From positions 3,424-67,423 of the forward strand of contig CACFBW010000005.1 of the NCBI GenBank assembly GCA_902564565.1: a DNA stretch of 64,000 nucleotides. Reading direction: 5' to 3'. Below the pieces are notes generated by a model. The model was not told where the DNA came from. It saw nothing but the letters and a program-made list of their open reading frames with translations, and ran no database searches. The translations under genes were made by a program, and so were the position numbers. This DNA comes from an uncultured Pelagibacteraceae bacterium (GTDB taxonomy: Bacteria > Pseudomonadota > Alphaproteobacteria > Pelagibacterales > Pelagibacteraceae). Of this stretch, positions 1-10,459 are shown piece after piece. Positions within the stretch are counted from its first letter, which is position 1. Each line of letters starts with the position of its first letter.

Positions 1-3000
1 TTAAATCGTAAATCAATTGAGCTAAATCTTCTATAGAATAAATATCATGGTGTGGTGGAGGAGATATTAATGTAACTCCAGGAGTTGAATGTCTCAATTT
101 AGCAATTTCACTAGTTACCTTAAAACCCGGTAGTTGTCCTCCCTCTCCAGGCTTAGCTCCTTGAGCAATTTTAATTTCTATTTCATTACAATTATTTAAA
201 TAATTAATTGTTACACCGAATCTAGCTGAAGCAATTTGTTTTACTCTTGAGTTTGCATTGTCTTTATTTTTCATTAAAATAAATCTTTTTTCATCTTCTC
301 CTCCTTCACCGCTACATGATGCTCCTTTAATTCTATTCATTGCTATAGCTAAAGTTTCATGAGCTTCTTTTGATAAAGCACCATGAGACATGCTACCACT
401 TCCAAATCTTTTTAAAATTTCTGATGCTGGCTCAACCTCTGAAACACTTATTGAAGATTTTAAATATCTTTTTCTAAAATCAATCAAATCTCTTATGTTT
501 ATAGGCGGAAGATCATAAATTCCTTTTGCATATTTTTTATAAACATCAAATGAATTTTTTGTAACAGCACTTTGAAGTAAATGAATTAGTTTGCCTTGAT
601 ATTGATGTGTTTCGCCATTTTTTCTATATTTATAAATTCCACCAATAGGTAATATGCTGTCATTGTTCTGGAAAGCTTGTTTATGAATATGCTTTACCTT
701 TTTTTCTATACCAGTTAAACCAATACCGGAAATTTTTGAAGTTACTCCTTGAAAATATTCAGAAACAATTGTTCTGCTTAATCCAACTGCTTCAAAATTA
801 CATCCACCTCTATAAGAACTTAAAACAGAAATTCCCATTTTAGACATTATTTTTAAAAGTCCAGAATTTACTGACTTAATGTATCTTGCAATACACTCTT
901 CATGTCTAAATTTTCCAAAAAGTTTTTTTTCAAACCTTTGATATAAACTGTCTAGTGCTAAATATGGATTAACAGTAGTAGCCCCAACTCCTAAAAGTGT
1001 TGCAAATGAATGTGTATCTAGAGCTTCTCCAGTCTGAGCATTTATAGAAACATAACCTCTTAATTTATTTTTTATTAAATGTTTATTAACTGCTCCGACA
1101 CATAAAAGCATTGGAATTGCTATTTTTTCTTCAGATACTTTTTGATCTGTAAGTATCAATTGTGTTGCTCCTTGCCTCACAGCAATTTCTGATTCTTGTA
1201 GAATATTTTGCAAAGATTCTTCAAGAATTTGATCATGTGCAAAAGTACAATCAATAATTTTCGAGCTGTTACCAAAAAACTTTATAAATTTTTCAAATTG
1301 TGAATTTGACAATATAGGACTTTCCAAAACATAAATATTGTCTTTTGTTAATTTGTCAAAATCTAAAATATTTCCTAAATTTCCAAATCTTGTCTTTAAA
1401 CTCATAACTTTATTTTCTCTAAGTGAATCAATAGGTGGATTGGTAACTTGGCTAAAGTTTTGCCTAAAAAAATGAGACAAAGGTCTATAATGGTCAGACA
1501 AAACAGCAAGAGGGGTATCATCTCCCATTGATCCCACCGCCTCCTTAGCATCTTCTATCATTGGATGAAGAACAATCTCAAGGTCTTCAATACTCATTCC
1601 AAAAGCATGTTGTCTTTTTCTTAATTCAGATCCAGTAAAAATAAATTTTTCCTTATCAATTGTTATTTTTTTATCGAGATCAACAATTTGATTATTAAAA
1701 TGCTTAAATTCTTTTGCTAAGTAATTTTTAATTTCATTATTATTAAAAATTTTTCCTTTGTTTATTCTTATTCCAATAATTTCTCCTGGACCCAATCTTC
1801 CTTTGGAGATGATTCTCTTTTGATCTAATTGAATCATCCCTGTTTCAGAACCTGCAAAAAGCAATTTATCTTTCGTTATGGTATATCTTAAAGGACGTAG
1901 CCCATTTCTATCATTGGCAACTATTGCCCATTCATTATCAGTTGCTGCAATTGCTGCGGGACCATCCCATGGTTCCATTGTGCTATTTAAAAAATTAAAT
2001 AACCTTTGGTGATCTTTTGGTAAAACTTTACTTTTTTTAGACCATGCATCTGGAATTAACATTAATTTTGCTAGAGGTGCAGATTGTCCTGAAATATTTA
2101 ATAATTCAAAAACATTATCTAAAGCAGCAGAATCTGAGGCTCCTGGTTGTATTACTGGTTTTAAATTTTCTATGTTTTCAAACAATGGACTTTTCATTTC
2201 ATCTTCATGAACTTGCATCCAATTACAGTTTCCTCTAAAAGTATTTATTTCTCCATTGTGAGCAATGGCTCTAAAAGGCTGTGCCAAATCCCAACTTGGA
2301 AATGTATTTGTAGAAAATCTTTGATGAAAAATTGCAAACCTTGATACAAATCTTTCATCATCTAAATCTGGATAAAAATCAGATAAAGTTTCTGCTAAAA
2401 ACATTCCTTTATAAATTATCGACTTTGAACTTAAGGAACAGATATAGAAACCATCAAAATTTTGTTTTATAACTTTTTTTTCTATTCTTCTTCTAATTTC
2501 ATAAAGATTTCTTTCCAATTTTTTATCAATCAGATTTTTGTTATTATGTTTAAATAATATTTGAGTAATTTCAGGTCTATTACTTTTTGCTTTTTCACCT
2601 AAAACTTTTGTATTTATTGGAACTTGCCTCCACCCATAAATTTTAAAGTTTGATTGAGTCAGTTCTTTTTCAACTATAGTCTTACACCCTTCTTGGACAT
2701 TAAAATTATCTCTTGGCAAAAAAATCATGCCTACGCATATTTCGGAGTTATCATGCTTATGTCCTTTAGTTTCTATCTTTTCCACGAAAAAGTCATAGGG
2801 AATTTCAACATGTATTCCGGCTCCATCTCCTGTTTTACCATCGGCATCAACGGCTCCTCTATGCCATACTGATTTCAAAGCTTGGATTCCATATTCAACA
2901 ATTTTTCTTGATTTTTTACCTTCAGTTGAAGCAACTAGTCCCACCCCGCATGCGTCGTGTTCCATTTGCTTTGAATAAACATATCCTTTTTCAAGCATTT

Positions 3001-3025
3001 TAAGATTTTCTTTATATTTTTTCAT
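1..3025 (-). CDS. gltB: Glutamate synthase large subunit, 5' part (runs off the left edge)
   Basis: Read manually on the minus strand: ATG at 3025 overlaps the gltD stop (TAATG). N-terminal EHDACGVG (Ntn amidotransferase Cys), AHNGEIN, EPWDGPA, GSMSHGALS and IKIAQGAKPGEGGQLPG motifs are present. Confidence 0.97.
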   Translation of the reverse strand, partial: MKKYKENLKMLEKGYVYSKQMEHDACGVGLVASTEGKKSRKIVEYGIQALKSVWHRGAVDADGKTGDGAGIHVEIPYDFFVEKIETKGHKHDNSEICVGMIFLPRDNFNVQEGCKTIVEKELTQSNFKIYGWRQVPINTKVLGEKAKSNRPEITQILFKHNNKNLIDKKLERNLYEIRRRIEKKVIKQNFDGFYICSLSSKSIIYKGMFLAETLSDFYPDLDDERFVSRFAIFHQRFSTNTFPSWDLAQPFRAIAHNGEINTFRGNCNWMQVHEDEMKSPLFENIENLKPVIQPGASDSAALDNVFELLNISGQSAPLAKLMLIPDAWSKKSKVLPKDHQRLFNFLNSTMEPWDGPAAIAATDNEWAIVANDRNGLRPLRYTITKDKLLFAGSETGMIQLDQKRIISKGRLGPGEIIGIRINKGKIFNNNEIKNYLAKEFKHFNNQIVDLDKKITIDKEKFIFTGSELRKRQHAFGMSIEDLEIVLHPMIEDAKEAVGSMGDDTPLAVLSDHYRPLSHFFRQNFSQVTNPPIDSLRENKVMSLKTRFGNLGNILDFDKLTKDNIYVLESPILSNSQFEKFIKFFGNSSKIIDCTFAHDQILEESLQNILQESEIAVRQGATQLILTDQKVSEEKIAIPMLLCVGAVNKHLIKNKLRGYVSINAQTGEALDTHSFATLLGVGATTVNPYLALDSLYQRFEKKLFGKFRHEECIARYIKSVNSGLLKIMSKMGISVLSSYRGGCNFEAVGLSRTIVSEYFQGVTSKISGIGLTGIEKKVKHIHKQAFQNNDSILPIGGIYKYRKNGETHQYQGKLIHLLQSAVTKNSFDVYKKYAKGIYDLPPINIRDLIDFRKRYLKSSISVSEVEPASEILKRFGSGSMSHGALSKEAHETLAIAMNRIKGASCSGEGGEDEKRFILMKNKDNANSRVKQIASARFGVTINYLNNCNEIEIKIAQGAKPGEGGQLPGFKVTSEIAKLRHSTPGVTLISPPPHHDIYSIEDLAQLIYDL

Positions 3026-4464
3026 TAAGCAACTTTTTTACTTTCGTTTTCTTTTTTTTCTAAATATTTTCTAATTGAAATAGCCGCATCTCTTCCATCT
3101 TTGATTGCCCAAACAACCAATGAAGCCCCCCTAATAATATCTCCTGCTGCAAAAACTCCACTTAGATTTGTTTCCATAGTATCAAAATTTGTTTTTAAAG
3201 TTCCCCACTTAGTAACTTTTAAATCTTCAGCACCAAATAGATTTGGAAGATCTTCTGGATCAAATCCTAAAGCTTTAATAATCATATTTGTTTTAATTGA
3301 AAACTGAGAGTCTTTTTGAATTTCTGGTTTTCTTCTCCCACTTTCGTCTGGTTGACCTAATTTAATTTTATTTACAACTAAACTTTCAACTTTATTTTTA
3401 CCTAAAAACTCTTTGGGGTTAGATAGCCACACAAATTCTACTCCTTCCTCTTCGGCATTGAAGACTTCTCTTGTGGAACCCGGCATGTTTTCTTTGTCTC
3501 TTCTATAAATACATTTTACTGATTTGGCATTCTGTCTAATAGATGTTCTGACACAATCCATTGCTGTATCTCCACCACCTATCACAACAACATCTTTTCC
3601 TTCAGCGTTCAATGTACCATTGTCAAAAAGCTCAACTTTATCACCCAAACCTTTTTTATTTGATGCGGTTAGGAATTCCATAGCTGGAAATATATTTTCT
3701 AAATCATTACCCGGTAATTTAATTTCTCTTGCTTTATAAACGCCAGTAGCAATTAAAATTGCATCATGTTGATCTCGTAATTTTTCAAGCGATGTATTTT
3801 TTCCTACTTCAAAATTATGAAAAAATTTAATTCCACCTTCTTTAAGTAGATTTATTCTTCTTTCTACAACGAACTTTTCTAATTTAAAATTGGGGATACC
3901 ATAAATTAATAAACCACCAGCTCTATCGTATCTATCATAAACTGAAATTTGATATCCAAAATTTCTTAGTTGTTCAGCAGCAGCTAAACCAGCGGGTCCC
4001 GCGCCAATAATACCGACACTAAAATTTTTTTCTTTTTTTACTTTGATCGAAGTAATCCATCCGTTGTTCCATGCATTTTCTGTAATATATTTTTCAACAG
4101 AACCTATGGTTACTGTTCCATGTCCGGATTGTTCAATAACACAATTTCCTTCACACAAACGATCTTGTGGACAAATTCTTCCACAAACTTCTGGCATATT
4201 GTTTGTGCTTTGGGATAATTCATATGCTTCTTTTAACCTTCCTTCTGCGGTCAGTTTTAACCAATCAGGAATGTTGTTGCTCAAAGGACAATGAACTTGA
4301 CAAAAAGGAACACCGCATTGTGAGCATCTGCTGGATTGTTCTTTTGCTTTTTCGTTAATAAAATCTTTATAAATTTCATTAAAGTCTTCTTTTCGACGAT
4401 CAACATCTCTTTTTGGAGGACTTTGTTGATTAATTTTAACAAATTTTAGCATTTTATCTGACAT
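3025..4464 (-). CDS. gltD: Glutamate synthase small subunit (NADPH)
   Basis: CSQCGVPFCQVHCP and CGRICPQDRLCEGNC Fe-S motifs, GAGPAG and GGGDTAMD; directly upstream of gltB. Confidence 0.97.
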   Translation of the reverse strand: MSDKMLKFVKINQQSPPKRDVDRRKEDFNEIYKDFINEKAKEQSSRCSQCGVPFCQVHCPLSNNIPDWLKLTAEGRLKEAYELSQSTNNMPEVCGRICPQDRLCEGNCVIEQSGHGTVTIGSVEKYITENAWNNGWITSIKVKKEKNFSVGIIGAGPAGLAAAEQLRNFGYQISVYDRYDRAGGLLIYGIPNFKLEKFVVERRINLLKEGGIKFFHNFEVGKNTSLEKLRDQHDAILIATGVYKAREIKLPGNDLENIFPAMEFLTASNKKGLGDKVELFDNGTLNAEGKDVVVIGGGDTAMDCVRTSIRQNAKSVKCIYRRDKENMPGSTREVFNAEEEGVEFVWLSNPKEFLGKNKVESLVVNKIKLGQPDESGRRKPEIQKDSQFSIKTNMIIKALGFDPEDLPNLFGAEDLKVTKWGTLKTNFDTMETNLSGVFAAGDIIRGASLVVWAIKDGRDAAISIRKYLEKKENESKKVA

Positions 4465-4649
4465 TATTAACCCTTAAAAAAATCATGATATATCATTGAT
4501 TTTACTAATAAAAAGGAAAACAAGGTCAGTAAATATGACGTTTATTTATCGAAAAATGGCTAATTATTTAGCTTTTTCTAATTTCACATACCTCATATTC
4601 CGCCACGGAATTGTTTTATTTGATCGATATTTAAGTTACCAAGTAAATT

Positions 4650-5417
4650 ATGTTTGTAAACTTCTTTGAAATAGTAATTTTATCCATTGTTCAAGGAATC
4701 TCAGAATTCTTACCAATTAGTTCTTCTGCTCATCTATTTTTAATTTCTGAAATTTATGAATTTAAATCTCAAGCTTTATTAATAGATATAGGTCTTCATC
4801 TAGGCTCCTTGTTAGCAATAATATTTTATTTTCGAAATGATCTTTTGGATATTTTAAATAATAAAAGTTTGCTTTTTTTAATAATTCTAGGTTCAATACC
4901 TTTAATAATTTTTGGACTCATAGTTTATAAAACTGGATTAATAAACTATTTCAGAAATGTTCAAGTTATATCCTGGACAACTTTGGTTTTTGCTTTATTT
5001 TTATACTTCGCAGATAAATTTGAAGTTAAAAAAAAATTCGAAGCTGATTTAAACATCAAATCGATTTTAATAATTGGAATTTTTCAAATACTCGCACTGG
5101 TACCTGGGGTAAGTAGATCAGGAATTGTAATTACTGCTGGAAGACTTCTAAATTTTGATAGATATGACTCAACTAAAATATCTTTTTATTTATCAATACC
5201 TGCTATAGCTGGAGCAAGTTTTTTAGGTTTAAAAGATGTTACAAATGAAAACATAGACTTTAATATTGGAATTGTAATTTCTATAATACTCTCTTTTATA
5301 TTTTCACTTTTAACAATTAAATATTTTTTAATTTTTGTAAAAAAATTTACCATGAATCTATTTATTTTTTACAGGATATTTTTATCGTTAATACTATTTT
5401 ATATACTTTATTTCTAA
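4650..5417 (+). CDS. uppP: Undecaprenyl-diphosphate phosphatase
   Basis: VQGISEFLPISSSAHL and PGVSRSG BacA motifs; hydrophobic. Confidence 0.95.
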   Translation: MFVNFFEIVILSIVQGISEFLPISSSAHLFLISEIYEFKSQALLIDIGLHLGSLLAIIFYFRNDLLDILNNKSLLFLIILGSIPLIIFGLIVYKTGLINYFRNVQVISWTTLVFALFLYFADKFEVKKKFEADLNIKSILIIGIFQILALVPGVSRSGIVITAGRLLNFDRYDSTKISFYLSIPAIAGASFLGLKDVTNENIDFNIGIVISIILSFIFSLLTIKYFLIFVKKFTMNLFIFYRIFLSLILFYILYF

Positions 5418-6301
5418 GTTTTTTTTATCTCAGGAATAATTTGAGAAATTAGGACACCAATTAAAATAAAACAACAACCTAAAATATTATTTAAGTTCAA
5501 AACTTGACTTAAAATTATCCATGCTGCTACTGTTGCAAACACTCCTTCAAGTGAAAAAATTATTGCCGAAGGTGCTGGTTTAATATTTTTTTGAGCATAG
5601 ATTTGAAGAACAAAAGCAATACCTCCCGATAAAACACCAGCATAAAGAATTTGTATTTTTTGATTTAAAATATTCACAAGAATAAATTCCTCATAAAATA
5701 ATGCTAAAATAAGTGAGCATATTGAAACTACCAATGTTTGAACCAAACCAATTAAAATTGGAGCATTAAACTTTTCAACTATTATTCCAACAAAAATTAT
5801 ATGTAAGCTCCAAAACAAAGCTCCAATCAATACCAAAGAATCGCCAAGTCTTACTGTGGCATTCTGAAAATTTGTTAAAAAATAACCACCAATTACACAC
5901 AAAATAACTGCAGGCCATACACTCCAATGTATTTTTTTTTTAAATAAAAAAAAAACTATTATTGGCACCATGGGAACATAAAATATCGTAAAAAAAGCTG
6001 CGTTAGCAACATCAGTATATAAAAGTGCCACTTGCTGTAAAGCAGACGCTAAAAACAAAAATATACCTATTAAAATTGCAAGATAAATAAATTTAGATCT
6101 GTTTTTTGAAATGATTGCTGCGGTATTTTTTTTTTCTATAATTAAATAAAAAGGAATTAAAGCGAGAAAACCAACAAAAAATCTCACTGCATTAAATACA
6201 TATGGACCAATAAATTCCATTCCTGTGTCTTGGGCTATAAAAGTAGTGCCCCATATTAATGTACAGAGTAGAGCACTGGCAATTGAAGCGGATTTAGACA
6301 T
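5414..6301 (-). CDS. DMT/EamA family transporter
   Basis: About 10 TM helices; IWGTTF...RF and SLEGVFA pattern typical of EamA. Confidence 0.88.
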   Translation of the reverse strand: MSKSASIASALLCTLIWGTTFIAQDTGMEFIGPYVFNAVRFFVGFLALIPFYLIIEKKNTAAIISKNRSKFIYLAILIGIFLFLASALQQVALLYTDVANAAFFTIFYVPMVPIIVFFLFKKKIHWSVWPAVILCVIGGYFLTNFQNATVRLGDSLVLIGALFWSLHIIFVGIIVEKFNAPILIGLVQTLVVSICSLILALFYEEFILVNILNQKIQILYAGVLSGGIAFVLQIYAQKNIKPAPSAIIFSLEGVFATVAAWIILSQVLNLNNILGCCFILIGVLISQIIPEIKKT

Positions 6302-6306
6302 TTATC

Positions 6307-7221
6307 TTATATAGCTAACCTATAAGCAAAATTTTTACCAAGATTTTCTTTAAGCTCATTGTTAAACCTGGCAGCTTCAGCACCATCGATAATTCTATGA
6401 TCATAAGATAACGATAGTGGTAACATTTTTCTAGCTCGAAACTCTCCATCTATAAAAACTTGTTTTTTTCTTAATCTTCCAATGCCTAATATTGCTACCT
6501 CAGGGTAATTTATTATTGGAGTAAAATAAGAACCTCCTATGCTGCCCAGACTTGTTATAGTCATTGATCCTCCAAAAAATTCTTTTTTATCAATTTTTAA
6601 CTTCCTGCATTTGTCACTTATAATTTTCAACTCTTCGCTTAATTGATTTATATTTTTTTTATTTACATCTCTTATTTTAGGCACCATTAAACCATGCTCC
6701 GTGTCTACAGCTATACCAATATGATAATATTTTTTTAGCGTCATCTTTCCCTGATCTATATCGTCAATTGATGAGTTAAATAATGGAAATTTTTTAAGTG
6801 TGGCGACTAATGCTTTTGTTATAAATGCTAGTGGGGTAATTTTTTTCCTTTCACCTGTGTAGATATCCTTTAGAGAAGATCTAAAATTTTCCATTTCAGT
6901 TACATCAGCTTCGTCATGATTTGTAACATGAGGTATTGTTGTCCATGAATTTACAAGATGCTTTGTGGCAATTTGTTTTATTCTTGGAATATCTTTTATT
7001 TCTATTTTTCCAAAATCAGAATGTGTAAATTCATTTTTAAAATTACTCTTTTGAGAAATTATTTTTTGGGAAAGTTTTTCTTTAACATGTTTTTTAATAT
7101 CGGTTTCTATAACTCTACCTTCTCTTTCGCTTCCTGAAACTAAATTTATATCTAGTCCTAATTCTCTTGCAAATTTTCTTACTTTTGGGCTTGCTGGAAC
7201 TCTGTTTTTTTTTTCTGACAT
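6307..7221 (-). CDS. aceF: Pyruvate dehydrogenase E2 acetyltransferase; peripheral-subunit-binding and catalytic domains only, no lipoyl domain
   Basis: Likely start ATG 7221 (MSEKKNRVPASPKVRKFARE = PSBD), just after the aceE stop; catalytic DHRIIDG motif. Confidence 0.92.
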   Translation of the reverse strand: MSEKKNRVPASPKVRKFARELGLDINLVSGSEREGRVIETDIKKHVKEKLSQKIISQKSNFKNEFTHSDFGKIEIKDIPRIKQIATKHLVNSWTTIPHVTNHDEADVTEMENFRSSLKDIYTGERKKITPLAFITKALVATLKKFPLFNSSIDDIDQGKMTLKKYYHIGIAVDTEHGLMVPKIRDVNKKNINQLSEELKIISDKCRKLKIDKKEFFGGSMTITSLGSIGGSYFTPIINYPEVAILGIGRLRKKQVFIDGEFRARKMLPLSLSYDHRIIDGAEAARFNNELKENLGKNFAYRLAI

Positions 7222-7222
7222 T

Positions 7223-10200
7223 TTATAGTTTAGTTGGGAAAGGTTTTTCAGGTTCAATTTTATACTTCTTGATTGCTTCTTTAGCATATTTTGATGCTAT
7301 TAATTGCTCTTTTGAAAGCACACTAAGGGCATAAGTAACAATATGTTCTTTGTCCACTTCAAAAAATTTTCTTAAATTTTTTCTTGTATCGCTTCTACCA
7401 AAGCCATCCGTGCCTAAAGAATAAAAACTTTTTTTAATATATGGTCTAATTTGATCTGAATGACTTCTCATATAGTCCGATGCAGCTAAAATGGGACCTT
7501 CTTTTTTCCCCAAACACTGTTCAACATATGAAATTTTTTGTGGTTTATCTGGATTTAAAAGATTGTATCTTTCCGTTTCCATTCCATCTCTTCCTAGCTC
7601 GTTAAAACTTGTTATGCTCCATATTTCGCTATCAATTTGATACTCTTTTTGCAATATTTCAGCACCTGCCATAATTTCTCTAAGAATTGCTCCAGAACCA
7701 ATTAATTGAATCTTTGTTTTTTTATAATTATCAAATTCTTTTATTTTATACATACCTTTTAAAATTCCTTCTTCACAATTTTTATCTTTTGGCATGGCAG
7801 GATGAGAATAATTTTCATTCATTGTTGTTATATAATAAAAAACATTTTCTTTTTTTTCATGCATCCTTTTTAATCCTTCTCTAAAAATTACTGCCAATTC
7901 ATATGCAAAAGTTGGATCGTAAGATATACAATTTGGTATTGTAGATGATAACATGTGACTATGCCCGTCTTGATGTTGTAATCCTTCGCCTGCAAGGGTT
8001 GTTTTGCCAGAAGTTGCACCTATTAAAAAACCTCTTGTTTGACTATCTCCAGCAGCCCAATTGAAATCACCAGTTCTTTGAAATCCAAACATCGAATAAA
8101 AAAGATAAATTGGTATCATTTCAATGTCATGATTAGAATAAGATGTTCCAGCAGCAATCCAGGAAGACATTGAACCTGCTTCGTTAATACCTTCCTCTAA
8201 AACTTGTCCTTTTTTATCTTCTCTATAAGAAGATAACTGTTCAGAATCCTCGGGTTCATATTTTTGCCCTTCGTGAGCATAAATTCCAATCTTTTGAAAA
8301 AAACCTTCCATTCCAAAGGTTCTTGCCTCGTCAGGAATAATTGGAACAAGTCTAGGAGAAACATTTTTGTCTCTTAATAGATTTGTTAGCAGTCTGACCA
8401 AGGCCATGGTTGTGGACATTTCCTTTTTTCCTGTAGATTCTTTTAAAAAATCAAAAATATCTTTTGGAGGAGTTTTAATTGGTTTAGCATAACTTGTTCT
8501 TTCGGGAATAAATCCTCCCAATTTAATTCTTTTCTCTTTCAAATATTTAATTTCGGCGGAATTTTCATCTGGTTTAAAATATTGAACTTCTTCAACTTGT
8601 TTGTTCGTTAAAGGGACATCAAATCTATCTCTATAATACATTAAATCATCAATCCCCATTTTTTTTTGTTGGTGAGTGGTGTTTACACTTTCTCCAGTTT
8701 TTCCCATGCCATAACCTTTTATTGTTTTAGCTATAATAACTGTTGGACTTCCAATGTTTTTGGATGCTTCGTGATATGCCGAATACACTTTATGAGGGTC
8801 ATGACCACCTCTATTAAGTTTCCAAATATCCTTGTCTGATAAAGATGAAACTAATTTCTTAGTTTCAGGATATTTACCAAAAAAATTTTCCCTAACGTAC
8901 AAACCATTTCTCGCTTTATAAGCTTGATATTCCCCATCAACTGTTTCACTCATAATTTTAACTAAATGACCAGTTTTATCTTTTGCTAACAATGGATCCC
9001 AGTACGAGCCCCAAATAACTTTTATAACATTCCAGCCAGCTCCTCTAAAAATTCCTTCTAGCTCTTGAATAATTTTTCCATTTCCTCTAACGGGTCCATC
9101 TAATCTTTGTAAATTACAATTAACAACAAAAATTAAATTGTCGAGTTTTTCTCTTGCTGCCAAACCAATGGCGCCTAAAGACTCTGGTTCATCCATTTCG
9201 CCATCTCCAAGGAAGGCCCAAACTTTTCTATTTTGATCTTTAATCAAACCACGATTGATTAAATACTTCATAAATCTTGCTTGGTATATTGCTAGCATGG
9301 GTCCTAAACCCATTGATACAGTGGGAAACTGCCAAAAGTTCGGCATCAACCAAGGATGAGGATATGAAGACAAACCTCCTTTTTTCACTTCTTGTCTAAA
9401 ACTATCAAGTTGCTTCTCATTTAATCTTCCCTCTAAGAAAGCTCGCGCATACATTCCTGGTGCGCTATGGCCCTGAAAATAAATTAAGTCCCCACCAAAT
9501 TTATTATTTTTTGCTCTCCAAAAATGGTTCATTCCAACATCATAAAGTGTTGCTGCTGATGCAAATGTTCCAATATGACCTCCAAGTTCAGGAAATTTTT
9601 TATTTGCTCTAACGACCATTGCGGCAGCATTCCATCTAATTAAAGATCTAATTTTTCTCTCAATATTTTGATCACCAGGTGATTTGACTTCTTTATCTGG
9701 TGGTATTGTATTTATGTAAGGTGTATTGCTCGATAAAACTAAATCTGATCCTTGTTTGTAAGAATGTTCTATTAGCTGCTTTATTAAAAACTGTGCTCTT
9801 CTGCTTCCATCTGTTTCTAATACCGATGAAAGTGAATCAGTCCATTCTTTGGTTTCAATTGGATCAATATCATCATCACTTTTTAAAAAATTATTTTTTT
9901 CATTAGCAATTTTTATTGGTGCAACTGTTTCTTTTTTTTGTTCCTTTTTGCTTAATGTTTTTTCAGCTTCTTTTATTAAATTTTCTGTATTAGTAGGTAC
10001 CTTTTGTTCTTTTTGAGATATGGTTTTTTCAGAATCGTTTTTTCCTTCAACATTAACCGATAAAATTAAATCGCCTTGTGAAACTTTGTCTCCAATTTTA
10101 ACATTTATAGAATCTACAGTTCCATTTAATATTGATGGAACTTCAACACTTGATTTGTCACTTTCAATTGTAATAACTGGATCGTTTCGAGAAATTTTGT

Positions 10201-10279
10201 CACCTTTTTTTACTAATATTTCAATAACCTCTACGCTTTCAAAGTCTCCAATATCTGGAACGAGCAGCTTTTTATTCAT
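7223..10279 (-). CDS. aceE: Pyruvate dehydrogenase E1 (homodimeric AceE type) with fused N-terminal lipoyl domain
   Basis: Likely ATG 10279. VPDIGDF...IESDKSSVEVPS lipoyl domain, linker, then DIDPIETKEW, GGHIGTF and GDGEMDEPES (TPP motif) of AceE. Confidence 0.95.
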   Translation of the reverse strand: MNKKLLVPDIGDFESVEVIEILVKKGDKISRNDPVITIESDKSSVEVPSILNGTVDSINVKIGDKVSQGDLILSVNVEGKNDSEKTISQKEQKVPTNTENLIKEAEKTLSKKEQKKETVAPIKIANEKNNFLKSDDDIDPIETKEWTDSLSSVLETDGSRRAQFLIKQLIEHSYKQGSDLVLSSNTPYINTIPPDKEVKSPGDQNIERKIRSLIRWNAAAMVVRANKKFPELGGHIGTFASAATLYDVGMNHFWRAKNNKFGGDLIYFQGHSAPGMYARAFLEGRLNEKQLDSFRQEVKKGGLSSYPHPWLMPNFWQFPTVSMGLGPMLAIYQARFMKYLINRGLIKDQNRKVWAFLGDGEMDEPESLGAIGLAAREKLDNLIFVVNCNLQRLDGPVRGNGKIIQELEGIFRGAGWNVIKVIWGSYWDPLLAKDKTGHLVKIMSETVDGEYQAYKARNGLYVRENFFGKYPETKKLVSSLSDKDIWKLNRGGHDPHKVYSAYHEASKNIGSPTVIIAKTIKGYGMGKTGESVNTTHQQKKMGIDDLMYYRDRFDVPLTNKQVEEVQYFKPDENSAEIKYLKEKRIKLGGFIPERTSYAKPIKTPPKDIFDFLKESTGKKEMSTTMALVRLLTNLLRDKNVSPRLVPIIPDEARTFGMEGFFQKIGIYAHEGQKYEPEDSEQLSSYREDKKGQVLEEGINEAGSMSSWIAAGTSYSNHDIEMIPIYLFYSMFGFQRTGDFNWAAGDSQTRGFLIGATSGKTTLAGEGLQHQDGHSHMLSSTIPNCISYDPTFAYELAVIFREGLKRMHEKKENVFYYITTMNENYSHPAMPKDKNCEEGILKGMYKIKEFDNYKKTKIQLIGSGAILREIMAGAEILQKEYQIDSEIWSITSFNELGRDGMETERYNLLNPDKPQKISYVEQCLGKKEGPILAASDYMRSHSDQIRPYIKKSFYSLGTDGFGRSDTRKNLRKFFEVDKEHIVTYALSVLSKEQLIASKYAKEAIKKYKIEPEKPFPTKL

Positions 10280-10459
10280 TTTAATAGATATAATTTTAAC
10301 ACATTTGAAGCCATTTTTGGACAAGCTTTAGTGTCATATTGAGATAATGTTAATAAATTTACTTAAAAAAATTATTAAAGATCAATACAACCAAGATCTT
10401 GACGCTAAATTTTGGATTCAAAAAATACTATTAAAAAAAAGTTTAAATTCTTTAAAATA

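Noticed and set aside
2044-4358. Short plus-strand ORFs in the track (also those opposite aceE, thiolase, the TRAP permease, infB and others)
   Set aside because: Antisense shadows of well-supported genes, with no motifs of their own.
7222-7287. Extended aceF N-terminus or an aceE-aceF frameshift fusion
   Set aside because: The extension overlaps the conserved AceE C-terminus (P.KL stop) and encodes no lipoyl motif; ATG 7221 fits translational coupling.
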